This document shows, in pieces, positions 1 through 9,293 of a DNA stretch of 33,321 bases. Position 1 is the first letter of the stretch, and every line of letters starts with the position of its first letter. The notes beneath the pieces are model-generated. The model did no database searches. It saw nothing but the letters and a program-made list of their open reading frames with translations, and was not told the origin of the DNA. The stretch spans positions 1 through 33,321 of IMG/VR virus record IMGVR_UViG_3300044676_005607. One strand, 5' to 3'. Origin of the DNA: a virus. Lineage: Duplodnaviria; Caudoviricetes. Position numbers and translations under genes: made by a program.

Positions 1-2
1 AT

Positions 3-188
3 ATTGGTATCTGTTCACGTATAAAGGCTATTATACGTCAAGATCAAATAGAAGGCGGCATGGTAAGTATCTATAACCCAAGCATAACACAAAGGCTTAA
101 CGGGCTAACTGAAAAGGTAGAACAAACTAATATAGAGAAACCAATCTTCGGTGGAATTGATTTAGATATTAATCATGAGATGGATTGA
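3..188 (+). CDS. terS: Terminase small subunit / DNA-packaging protein, C-terminal part (5' truncated by the window edge)
   Basis: Manual translation IGICSRIKAIIRQDQIEGGMVSIYNPSITQRLNGLTEKVE...MD*; resembles gp3-type small terminases; directly upstream of terL. Confidence 0.75.
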   Translation: MGICSRIKAIIRQDQIEGGMVSIYNPSITQRLNGLTEKVEQTNIEKPIFGGIDLDINHEMD

Positions 189-266
189 GTTTAGCAAAAG
201 AACCTAAACAGAAATGCGACTTGCTGAGTACGAGAACAAACCGAAAACGCTATTTAATTTAAACAC

Positions 267-1439
267 GTGAGCCAAATATTCAAACAAACAACCGCACAAG
301 CTAAAATAGCAAGACTTAGAAAAAGGGTGCGAGGTGTTAAAGGTGGCACGTCAGCAAGTAAGACATTCTCAATCATACCTTTACTAATTGAATACGCATC
401 TTTAAAACCTAAGATGGAAATTAGCATAGTATCTGAATCAATACCACATTTAAGACGTGGGGCAATGCGTGACTTTGAAAAGATAATGGTAATGACTGAT
501 AACTTTGTAGATGCAAGGTTTAATAGGTCCAATCTTACTTATAAGTTTGCCAACGGGTCCTACATTGAGTTTTTCTCAGCGGACCAATCAGACAAGCTAA
601 GAGGTGCAAGGCGTGACGTGCTGTTTATAAACGAGTGTAATAATATAAACTTTGAGGCATACCAGCAAATGGCAATAAGAACACGAAACTTTATTTACCT
701 TGACTGGAACCCTACTCACGAATTTTGGTTTAATACTGAATTAGAAGGCGATAGCGATACCGATACAATTACCTTGACCTACTTAGATAATGAAGCTCTA
801 GAGCCTAGCATAGTAAAAGAAATAGAAAAAGCTAAAGAGAAAGCAAAGAATTCAAGCTACTGGGCAAATTGGTGGAATGTTTATGGTTTAGGTTTACAGG
901 GTGTAATTGAAGGCATAGTTTACCCAGACTGGAAGATAATAGATAAACTACCCATAGAGGCTCGCTTATTAGGTACGGGCTTAGATTTTGGTTTTACGAA
1001 TGATCCAACCGCTGCAATAGATGTTTATAAGCTAGACGATGGGTATATTTTGGATGAGGTTCTTTATCGAAAGGGGTTGCACAATAACGAAATTTATGCC
1101 TTACTAAAAGACAAAAGGAATGTTTATGCTGATAGTGCAGAACCAAAAAGTATCTCAGAATTAAGGCGGTATGGTTTAGGTGTAAGGGGTGCGGTAAAGG
1201 GTAAGGATAGCATAATGTTTGGAGTTCAAATCTTACAAAGTAATAAAATTTTTGTAACTTCGCAAAGCACTAACTTAATAAAAGAGATGCGAAATTACAG
1301 CTTTGATAAAGATAGGGCAGGCAATACACTAAACAAGCCTATTGATGCGTTTAATCATTGCATGGATGCAGCTAGGTATGCAGCAAGCGAATTGATAGGC
1401 AACAAGAATCAAGGCAAATATAGGATAGCAAGAGTATGA
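267..1439 (+). CDS. terL: Terminase large subunit, PBSX-like family
   Basis: Walker A GGTSASKT, LRGARRDVLFINE Walker B region, DWNP coupling motif, nuclease motifs GLDFGF, ADSAEP and NHCMDAARY; GTG start. Confidence 0.95.
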   Translation: MSQIFKQTTAQAKIARLRKRVRGVKGGTSASKTFSIIPLLIEYASLKPKMEISIVSESIPHLRRGAMRDFEKIMVMTDNFVDARFNRSNLTYKFANGSYIEFFSADQSDKLRGARRDVLFINECNNINFEAYQQMAIRTRNFIYLDWNPTHEFWFNTELEGDSDTDTITLTYLDNEALEPSIVKEIEKAKEKAKNSSYWANWWNVYGLGLQGVIEGIVYPDWKIIDKLPIEARLLGTGLDFGFTNDPTAAIDVYKLDDGYILDEVLYRKGLHNNEIYALLKDKRNVYADSAEPKSISELRRYGLGVRGAVKGKDSIMFGVQILQSNKIFVTSQSTNLIKEMRNYSFDKDRAGNTLNKPIDAFNHCMDAARYAASELIGNKNQGKYRIARV

Positions 1440-1963
1440 AAATATACCAATACCAACAAGTTTACAAGATACTAAGGGATGATGATTTACAACCAATAGA
1501 AAAAGCTCTATGGTTTTGGTCAATCCTAAAAAAAGTATCTTACGAAAAGGCAGAGGCAGAAGTACCTTTAAATAAGCTAACTGAGTTCTTCAAGCGTAAA
1601 GACATACAACCAAGTCCTTTCTTTGCCTGGTATAGAATAGGTTGGAGGATTTATCGTGTTCAACTAGATGCGTTTAAATGCACAAGTGGGGATATTAATG
1701 GGGCTTTAGCTTTAGGGGTGGATGAGGAAAGTCTAGTATCAAACATTCATGAGATAATGGCAACCTATACAATACGCAAAGACAAGTCAAGAGAATACCA
1801 CAAGAAACTATCTGAGAAGATCAAGTATAATGTGGATGCTGGCAAAGCCTTATCTATTGCAGGTTTTTTTTTGACCAATTACGAGGGGACAAGGGAAAAA
1901 TTGTTGAAGATATTAACGAGCAGGATGCAGAAAATAAACCAAAAATTACAAGCGCAGACGTAA
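1436..1963 (+). CDS. Putative tail assembly chaperone (G-like) with a slippery T9 run
   Basis: 175 aa; GGT TTT TTT TTG (GFFL) at 1862-1873; the -1 frame is open from there into the next ORF. Confidence 0.55.
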   Translation: MKIYQYQQVYKILRDDDLQPIEKALWFWSILKKVSYEKAEAEVPLNKLTEFFKRKDIQPSPFFAWYRIGWRIYRVQLDAFKCTSGDINGALALGVDEESLVSNIHEIMATYTIRKDKSREYHKKLSEKIKYNVDAGKALSIAGFFLTNYEGTREKLLKILTSRMQKINQKLQAQT

Positions 1964-1965
1964 TT

Positions 1966-2169
1966 ATGCACTACTTGAATACTATTGATAAAATGTCAAG
2001 AGGCGATAGACAAAAATGGGATTACTTTATGAATATGCGATACGATGAGTTTAAGCATTACGAAGGGTTTTTTAATGATAAGCGCAGGGAAGTAAACCAA
2101 ATGTACAAGGGTAAGAAAACGTATGAGGAATTAATGGTAAATCAATTAGGGGTATTAATAGAACGATGA
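1966..2169 (+). CDS. Putative frameshift extension (T-like) of the tail assembly chaperone
   Basis: Frame has no stop from 1864 to 2169 and is -1 relative to ORF 1436. Confidence 0.55.
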   Translation: MHYLNTIDKMSRGDRQKWDYFMNMRYDEFKHYEGFFNDKRREVNQMYKGKKTYEELMVNQLGVLIER

Positions 2170-2786
2170 GCAACAAATATTCAAACGTAATAAAAGCACA
2201 AAAGGCTCTTTTAGAAACGCCTTACCTTGACCAATTAGGGGAACAACCTATTGAAGTTGTATTTGATAATCAGATACAGGCAATCCTACACAAGTTTGGG
2301 GATGACCTAGTTTTGGACATAATCAAAAGCATAGATGAAAAAGGGCTTAATGCAAGTAAAAACTTAACCCAATCTATTAACGATCCATTGCCTACTGTTC
2401 AAGCTAATGGAAATTATCAGCTAAAAATAGTTATGGCTGATTATTGGGAGTGGGCAGAAACGGGCAGAAATGATGGCAAAGCACCTCCAATAGAAAACAT
2501 AATGCAATGGATTACCGATAAAGGAATAAAGGTAAGAAAGTCAAGAAGTGAAAAGCTAACAAGCGTATTGAAAAGGCGTAGGTCTATGGCATTTGCAATA
2601 AGCAGAACGATTGCCAAGCGTGGTTCAATAAAAAGGTTTAACTATAAAGGCTCTAAATTTTTATCTGATGTAGTAAATAATGAGGCTATGGAAGATTTAG
2701 GGGTTGGGCTTGCAGAGGCATTAGGCAAAACAGTTGCGGTAAGTGTTGCCCTTTCATTTAACCCTAAATACAATACAAGTATCTGA
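2166..2786 (+). CDS. Putative virion neck / tail-completion protein (HK97 gp10-like)
   Basis: ASKNLTQSI, ADYWEWAETGR, GKAPP...WI..KG, AFAISRTIAKRG pattern typical of this morphogenesis family. Confidence 0.55.
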   Translation: MSNKYSNVIKAQKALLETPYLDQLGEQPIEVVFDNQIQAILHKFGDDLVLDIIKSIDEKGLNASKNLTQSINDPLPTVQANGNYQLKIVMADYWEWAETGRNDGKAPPIENIMQWITDKGIKVRKSRSEKLTSVLKRRRSMAFAISRTIAKRGSIKRFNYKGSKFLSDVVNNEAMEDLGVGLAEALGKTVAVSVALSFNPKYNTSI

Positions 2787-2805
2787 TGTGGGGTTTACCT
2801 AAAAA

Positions 2806-2822
2806 TTACGTTAATAAGTAGA
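2806..2822 (+). promoter_or_regulatory. Putative late promoter motif TTACGTTAATAAGTAGA (copy 1)
   Basis: 16/17 identical to 14021-14037; both lie in the rare intergenic gaps before structural operons. Confidence 0.6.
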
Positions 2823-4021
2823 TGGCAGTAACAATACAGCAAGAACCTAGCGAAGTAACCCCAGCATTTAATCAATGCGCTTATGTGCTTAGTTCAGATA
2901 AAGTATCTACAAATTCAGACCATTATTACATTGCAATAATTAAAAACGAGGCAGGCGATCAAATCAGCAGACAAGAGTTTGTAGGTGCGCCTGGTTTCAT
3001 TAATGGGTACATTGATATTCACAGAATAGTATCTAATTTAGTTACTTTTGATTTTGCTTTAGGGTTAGACCAAGTAACTAAGATGGGGGATAGTGTGGCT
3101 TATGTAGAAGTTGAATTTAGCGAATATTATGGTGGAACAGAATACCCTAGTATTGTTAATTCAGAAATCTATGTAACAAACATGGGATTAAATACCTACA
3201 ATTATCTAAGCTATAATTCAGCAGATTATGTAGATGCGTTTTTAAATACAACTACAAAGATAAAGATTGATAGTTTGGCATGGTTAGCGTTTAGGCATGA
3301 ATCATCAGCCCCAATCGTTAAGGTAGTTGTAACTGCAAACAATGGCGTGGGAAATACAGTTACCGAAATAGACAATCCTTGGGATGGTTTTGCAACTTGG
3401 CAAGAGGGGTTCTTATATTTTCCTAGTGGTTCAAATCTAAATGATATTGATCCATTGCAAATTATAGCAGGGTCGCAACCTATTATAGCTACTGATACTT
3501 TGTACTATACAGTTGAACTTTACTCAGGAGCAGGCTCACAAGCAACTTACAGATACGAGATAATAAGCAATAAATTTAGTGCGTACTATTCTAAATCGTG
3601 CTATTCAGATTATGAACTTTACTACCTAAACAAAAATGGGGCATTTGAAACCTTAGTAATGGGTAAAGGGTATAAAGTAACCCAACAAATGACAAGGCAA
3701 AACGCAAGCCGTATTATGTCTAAAATGACAAGCACCACAACTTATGGGTATGCTTTAGATAGTGCAATGAGGGTAAACAATCAAATAACCTATCAGGGCA
3801 AATGGAAATTAAACAGCGATTGGATAAGTGAGCAAGAATCAGCAAACTACCTTGAAATGGTAAACAGCCCTGTAATTTATTTGAACGATGGGACTAAGAC
3901 AATAAGAGTAGTATGTTCTGAAAGTTCTTACCAAGAGAAATCCGAAAGGTATGATAGGCTATTTAATTTCAGCGTAACAGTAGAGGAAAGCCAAAAACAG
4001 GAAAGGCAATGGGTAAATTAA
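2822..4021 (+). CDS. Virion structural protein, probable tail/baseplate component
   Basis: 399 aa, beta-rich; YYLNKNGAFET and KLNSDWISE motifs recalled from Bacteroidota phage tail proteins; position before the large tail protein. Confidence 0.6.
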   Translation: MAVTIQQEPSEVTPAFNQCAYVLSSDKVSTNSDHYYIAIIKNEAGDQISRQEFVGAPGFINGYIDIHRIVSNLVTFDFALGLDQVTKMGDSVAYVEVEFSEYYGGTEYPSIVNSEIYVTNMGLNTYNYLSYNSADYVDAFLNTTTKIKIDSLAWLAFRHESSAPIVKVVVTANNGVGNTVTEIDNPWDGFATWQEGFLYFPSGSNLNDIDPLQIIAGSQPIIATDTLYYTVELYSGAGSQATYRYEIISNKFSAYYSKSCYSDYELYYLNKNGAFETLVMGKGYKVTQQMTRQNASRIMSKMTSTTTYGYALDSAMRVNNQITYQGKWKLNSDWISEQESANYLEMVNSPVIYLNDGTKTIRVVCSESSYQEKSERYDRLFNFSVTVEESQKQERQWVN

Positions 4022-6960
4022 TCATATCAGATTATAACCTTGCAGGCGCAGCGGTAGCACCAGGCATTGAAATAGATATTACCATACCTATACCTTTGAC
4101 TAAATCCATTTCGGATGTAATGTTTCCTGAAACAAGACAAGGCGAATGGAGTAAGACAATTACAATACAAGGGTACAGTGAGGTAAACAAAGCCTTTACA
4201 CATATCTACGAGATAAACGAAACGATTACTTCAGATACTCAATATGACCCAAGTTTTAACCCTAACAAACGTGCAAACGTAATTTATCAAAGTGATGGGG
4301 TTGTACAAATGCGTGGTTATATTCGTTTAATCGAGATAAACAAGATACTTGAAACGAGCGAAATACAATACCAATGCCAAATAATAAATAATGTAAGTGA
4401 TTTCTTTGCAGACATAAGCGGGAAATCTATGGCAGATATTGACCTAACAAGATACAACCATGTAATAACAAAGGAACTTGTAAGAAAATCGTGGGATCAA
4501 AATATTATAGATGGGGGCGTTCAAATACCTTTTGCAAAGGGTACTGGATATGTACACGCTTTAATTAACAAAAGACCATACAAAGGTACAATAGGCTCAA
4601 CAGACCCTACTACAAGCTGGGATGTTGGCGATACAACTCCATGCCTTTACGCAAAGGAATTAGTAGATAAGATTTATGCAGATGCAGGGGCTACTTATGC
4701 AAGTGGGGGTTTCTTTGATAGTGCAGAATTTAAGAATTGGGTAGTACCTTATAATGGTAGAAGTTTAGGGCTTACTAATGCAGATATTGACTTTTATAGG
4801 GTACAAGCACAAAGTTTAGCAACCCAAACTACAGGCGGATTAATAGCACCTGAAACAAGCAGCGTTGATTTAGTTTTCTCAAATGATAGTACAAGCGGGA
4901 ATCAAGATAATTCAAATTCTTGGAATACCTCACCAATACAGGGTATATTTACTGCACAGGTAGATGGTAACTATGGGGTTCTTTTAGATACGCCAATTAC
5001 TATATCCTATTCAGGGGCATTAAGACCAGTGAAAATTACAAGCACTTTAGTAGCAACAAACACAACCACAGGGGCAAGATATTTTAGTCAAAACGGAATA
5101 GCATATACACAATCGACCACACCTGCTATTGTTTTGGGTGGCATTCAATTATACATAGAGTCTATTCCTGTAAAATCAGGCGAATCATTAACCTTTAGCC
5201 TTGAGTGTTATGGTAATGCAAACAGTTCAGGTGTGGGTATAGCAAGTTTGGCAATAGGGGCTACTTTATTTATACAACCGAAAACGCTTTATTATGGTTC
5301 AGGTTCAACAGTAGACTTCCAAGAGTTCTACGATAGAAAAATAACCCAAAAGCAATTTATGGTGGATTTGATACGCACGTTTAATCTTTGGATAGATGTG
5401 AACAATCAAGGCGAGCACGTTGTAGAAACGAGGGATGATTATTTAGGAACTGATGTAACGGATTTAGAAGATGTCATTAATACCGATAAGGAAGTATCTT
5501 ATTTGCCTATGGGGGCTTTAGATGCAAGAAAGTATATCTTTACATACAAAGAGGATAAAGATAGCTTAAACGAGCTGTATAAGTTTAGAAACGAAATGCC
5601 TTATGGTACAAAGGAATTTGATGTAGATAACGATTTTATCAAAACAGATAAAGAGATTAAGGTAAGTTATTCGCCTACTCCTATGCGTTATTTCGATACT
5701 AGTGGAATGACATTATCAGATATTACCTTTTACGATAAGCAAGGCGGTCAGGATAAAGAAAAAAAATCTAATTACAGATTGCTAAGATACGAGGGTATTG
5801 AAAATTGCAACCCTTATCATCTTGAAGATTCAGCAGGTATAAATATTGAAACAGGCTACCCATTAATAGGGCATATTAATGACCCATTAAACCCTACTTT
5901 GGATGGGCTTTTTGGAATGTTAGACCAACACTACTTAAACCCATTAATAAAGTATAGCAATAATACCCTATGGTTTCAGTACTATCTTAAACAATACAAA
6001 GAAATAACCGATAGGAATAGTAAGATAGTGAAAGCCTGGTTAAACATTGGTGAGGACTTGTACCCTAATATGACCTTTGATAAGATTTACTATTTTGATA
6101 ATGCTTATTTTCGGTTAAATAAAATCTATGATTACAAGCCTAAAGAAGATACTTTATGCGAGTTCTTAAAGTTAGTTGAATACACTAAGCCAGCAACCGA
6201 AAACGGGGATAATGGTGGATGGGATGATACAGATACTTTCAGCGATTATTTTCCTACCCCTTCAAGCATATTAAATGGAAGTGGGAATACAGGGTTTAAT
6301 CGAGGCGCAGATAACACAATGACAGATACCGCTATTGCAATCGGTAACAATAACACTTACGGGGGTATAGGTCTTGTATCAATTATGAGTTCAAGCAATG
6401 TAAATGTAGCTGATGGGGTTACACAAGCGACTGTAATAAACTCAGATGGTTTAGAGGTTCAAGAGAACAGCTTGTATATTAATGGGGTTAACGTTATACC
6501 AAATGAAAACTTAACAGCATTTAGCAAAGCAGACCAAACGGCTGATGGTGCTGGAACAGCAAAGGAAATATCATTTACAGGAAGTACATTAAATGGAGAT
6601 AGCATTTCAATTAGTGGAAACGAGATAACAATAGAAAGGGGAGGTCTATACTCAATTACTATTAATGCTCAAATTTATAGAATTTCTGGAGGTTCAACAG
6701 AAGATTTTTTTATGTGGGTAGAGGGAGATAGTGGCTCCGGTTTTAGTGCATTACCTAATAGCGCAAGGCATAGCAGCACGTTAAATTCAAATAAAACTTT
6801 TATAGTGCCTATGGAAATAACCCAAACTTTTAATGCTGGTGATATTATAAAGTTTATGTTTGAGGTAAGTAACACTAACGTATATCTGAATTACGAGCCA
6901 GTAAGCGGTTCAAGACCCGAAGTAAATAGTTTTAATGTAATAGTAAGGAGAGTATTATAA
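4009..6960 (+). CDS. Large tail tip / hub protein with a C-terminal beta-sandwich domain
   Basis: 983 aa; N-terminal SKTITIQG...NKAF hub-like region, YFRLNKIYDY motif, Gly/Asn/Thr-rich distal region; next to tape measure. Confidence 0.7.
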   Translation: MGKLIISDYNLAGAAVAPGIEIDITIPIPLTKSISDVMFPETRQGEWSKTITIQGYSEVNKAFTHIYEINETITSDTQYDPSFNPNKRANVIYQSDGVVQMRGYIRLIEINKILETSEIQYQCQIINNVSDFFADISGKSMADIDLTRYNHVITKELVRKSWDQNIIDGGVQIPFAKGTGYVHALINKRPYKGTIGSTDPTTSWDVGDTTPCLYAKELVDKIYADAGATYASGGFFDSAEFKNWVVPYNGRSLGLTNADIDFYRVQAQSLATQTTGGLIAPETSSVDLVFSNDSTSGNQDNSNSWNTSPIQGIFTAQVDGNYGVLLDTPITISYSGALRPVKITSTLVATNTTTGARYFSQNGIAYTQSTTPAIVLGGIQLYIESIPVKSGESLTFSLECYGNANSSGVGIASLAIGATLFIQPKTLYYGSGSTVDFQEFYDRKITQKQFMVDLIRTFNLWIDVNNQGEHVVETRDDYLGTDVTDLEDVINTDKEVSYLPMGALDARKYIFTYKEDKDSLNELYKFRNEMPYGTKEFDVDNDFIKTDKEIKVSYSPTPMRYFDTSGMTLSDITFYDKQGGQDKEKKSNYRLLRYEGIENCNPYHLEDSAGINIETGYPLIGHINDPLNPTLDGLFGMLDQHYLNPLIKYSNNTLWFQYYLKQYKEITDRNSKIVKAWLNIGEDLYPNMTFDKIYYFDNAYFRLNKIYDYKPKEDTLCEFLKLVEYTKPATENGDNGGWDDTDTFSDYFPTPSSILNGSGNTGFNRGADNTMTDTAIAIGNNNTYGGIGLVSIMSSSNVNVADGVTQATVINSDGLEVQENSLYINGVNVIPNENLTAFSKADQTADGAGTAKEISFTGSTLNGDSISISGNEITIERGGLYSITINAQIYRISGGSTEDFFMWVEGDSGSGFSALPNSARHSSTLNSNKTFIVPMEITQTFNAGDIIKFMFEVSNTNVYLNYEPVSGSRPEVNSFNVIVRRVL

Positions 6961-8880
6961 ATGACAGCAGTATCAACAGCAGCAGAGGTAAAAGTTCAGA
7001 TAACGGGGCAGGAGAGCGTTAAAGAATTAAACACTTTAATAAAGCAGAACAATAATTTAATGGAGGCTGCTAGGGCTGCTTATGGCGAAAATTCTGACGA
7101 GTATGCTCTTGCAAAACAAAAGCTAGATGCAGTTACAAAGGCTTTGGAGGGTGTTAATGCAGAGGCAAAGGACTTAGGGGACAAGAACCTTAAAAAAGTA
7201 ACCAACGAAACAAAGAATGTTAAAAACGGGTTTGATGCAGTAGGTAAAGCTGGGCAAGTTTTTGAGCAGTTTGGGGGGAATATTGGTCATGTAGGCAGTG
7301 CAATGGGGAGGGTATCTGATGCAGCGGATTTATTCAGCAGTAAATTAAGGATATTTAAAAGTTTTAAAACAAGCATACTAAGTGCTGCATCTGCTTTTAA
7401 GGGGAACATGGTCGCTGCTTTAGGTAAAGCGAGGGTAGCAGCTTTGGCATTTATGGGTGCTTTAGGGATTGGCATCTTAATAGCTGGCGTTTCTTTGTTG
7501 GTTACTTATTGGAAGGAAATATCTGTATTCTTAGGGTTAAGCGCAAGCGATTCGGAGAAGCTAGAAAAATCAAGTCAAAAGATTGCAGATAAAGCCCTTG
7601 AAAGGTTAAACACAACTAAGGGGATGACCGAGCAATTAAGGTTGCAAGGGCTAACGGAAAGAGAAATACTCCAAAAGAAACAGGATGAAACAAAAGAGGC
7701 GATTAAACAAAGGCTTATAGCTATAAATTTAGCTGAGTTTAATCTAAGGGAACAAGTAAGATTAGAAACAAGAAACAAGCAAATACTAGTAGGGATATTA
7801 AATTTTATTAATGCACCGATACAGGCTATACTAAAAACAATGGATTTATTGTCTAAGGCAGTAGGTAGGGATTCCAATTTGGCGCAGGGAATGAATGATT
7901 GGATTGCTAGTTTTGTGGCAGACCCTGATAAAACAAAAAAGGAAGGTCAGAAAGCTATTGACGAGCAAAAGAAATCATTAGAGGGGTTAAAAGAAGAGTT
8001 TGCTAAATACGAAAACACAAAGAACGCCCAAGACCAAAAGGCAGCAGATAACGCTAAAAAACTAAGGGATAAAAATGCAGCAGATGCAGCAGCAGCACAA
8101 AAGAAAATAGACGATGCAAAACTAGCAGCACAAGAAAAGGCAAGAGATGAGGCAAATAATATAGCAGCAAAAGCAGCAAGAACAAAAAAAGAACGTGAAA
8201 CAGATGAGTTTGAGTTAAAGCTACAAGATGCAGAGGCTAAATTTTTAAAAGAAAAAGAGTTACTTGAAGCACAAGGATTAGAAACGATAACACTTCAACA
8301 GAATTTTGATGCCGAAATAGAGCAAATAGCAATAGATAAAAATGATAGATTAAATAAAATAGAGGCTGATGCAGCAGCCAAAAGAGCAGCAAAGAAAAAA
8401 GAACAAGATGATGCAGATTTAAAAGAAACCGAAAGGATAGCAAATGCAAAGATACAAATTGAGCAAAATGCTTTTAAGGCTGCACAAGCTTTTAGCGGTT
8501 TGATGGCAGAAATAGGAAAAGATAACCTAGAAACACAAAAGGCTCAAGCGTTATTCCAAGTTGGAATAGATACAGCAAGTGCTATTAGTAGCGTTGTAAA
8601 TAGTTCTGCGGCATTAGCAGGAAACCCAGTAGCATTAGGGTTTAACATAGCAGCAGGGATAGCAATAGTTTTAAGAAACATGAAAAAAGCTACAAGCATC
8701 CTTAATGCACAAGTACCAGTGCCAGGCGGCGATAACGGTGGAGGCGGCGGTAATAACGACAATCCACAACCTGACATACAAGCCAATCCAAGAGATAACA
8801 GGGTATTTGTACTTGAAACCGATATAACAACAGCACAACAAAGAATAAACAACTTAAACAAAATAGGAATAATTGATTAA
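6961..8880 (+). CDS. Tail tape measure protein
   Basis: 639 aa, Ala/Lys/Glu-rich helical coiled coil with hydrophobic segments (ALGIGILIAGVSLLVTYW) and C-terminal RVFVLETDIT motif. Confidence 0.8.
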   Translation: MTAVSTAAEVKVQITGQESVKELNTLIKQNNNLMEAARAAYGENSDEYALAKQKLDAVTKALEGVNAEAKDLGDKNLKKVTNETKNVKNGFDAVGKAGQVFEQFGGNIGHVGSAMGRVSDAADLFSSKLRIFKSFKTSILSAASAFKGNMVAALGKARVAALAFMGALGIGILIAGVSLLVTYWKEISVFLGLSASDSEKLEKSSQKIADKALERLNTTKGMTEQLRLQGLTEREILQKKQDETKEAIKQRLIAINLAEFNLREQVRLETRNKQILVGILNFINAPIQAILKTMDLLSKAVGRDSNLAQGMNDWIASFVADPDKTKKEGQKAIDEQKKSLEGLKEEFAKYENTKNAQDQKAADNAKKLRDKNAADAAAAQKKIDDAKLAAQEKARDEANNIAAKAARTKKERETDEFELKLQDAEAKFLKEKELLEAQGLETITLQQNFDAEIEQIAIDKNDRLNKIEADAAAKRAAKKKEQDDADLKETERIANAKIQIEQNAFKAAQAFSGLMAEIGKDNLETQKAQALFQVGIDTASAISSVVNSSAALAGNPVALGFNIAAGIAIVLRNMKKATSILNAQVPVPGGDNGGGGGNNDNPQPDIQANPRDNRVFVLETDITTAQQRINNLNKIGIID

Positions 8881-8884
8881 TATT

Positions 8885-9061
8885 ATGGCAAGCAAAAAGA
8901 AAATTAGAAAGGAATTAATAGGCGCAAAGATTACAAAAGGTCATGTAACTATTATCATGGATGATTCAGAGGAATGTATTACAAAATGCAATATTCTGAA
9001 ATTAGATGTATTTGAAAAAAAGGAAAAGAAAGATGCTAAACTTGACGAAAGATCAGAGTAA
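8885..9061 (+). CDS. Small hypothetical protein
   Basis: ORF track 8873-9061 starts at TTG; the in-frame ATG at 8885 just after the upstream stop is preferred. Confidence 0.55.
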   Translation: MASKKKIRKELIGAKITKGHVTIIMDDSEECITKCNILKLDVFEKKEKKDAKLDERSE

Positions 9062-9293
9062 TACACTTTACTCATTTTTTAACAACTATACAGGGGTTGC
9101 ACCTTTTACCTTGACATTAAGTAGTCAGATAGACAGCACTGAAACCGAAAGTTTTGTATTAACTTTGTCAGAGTTCGGGGAGCGTGTATCTTTTAGCATA
9201 ACGCCTACAACCATTGCAGGCTCTTATAGGTATGAAATAACCGATACGAATAGCAAGGTAATGGAATCAGGCAGAGCAGAAATAGAATTATGA
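9033..9293 (+). CDS. Hypothetical protein, probably a beta-rich virion component
   Basis: ORF track 9006-9293; ATG at 9033 more likely; GSYRYEI...MESGRA motif; ATGA overlap with the portal start. Confidence 0.6.
   Translation: MLNLTKDQSNTLYSFFNNYTGVAPFTLTLSSQIDSTETESFVLTLSEFGERVSFSITPTTIAGSYRYEITDTNSKVMESGRAEIEL

Noticed and set aside
175-270. Short in-frame fragments MRWIEFSKRT* and MRLAEYENKPKTLFNLNT* between terS and terL
   Set aside because: Too short to call; could be a decayed gene or a coupler but there is no supporting evidence
8040-8420. GCA-rich repeats in the tape measure gene
   Set aside because: Explained by Ala/Lys-rich coiled-coil coding
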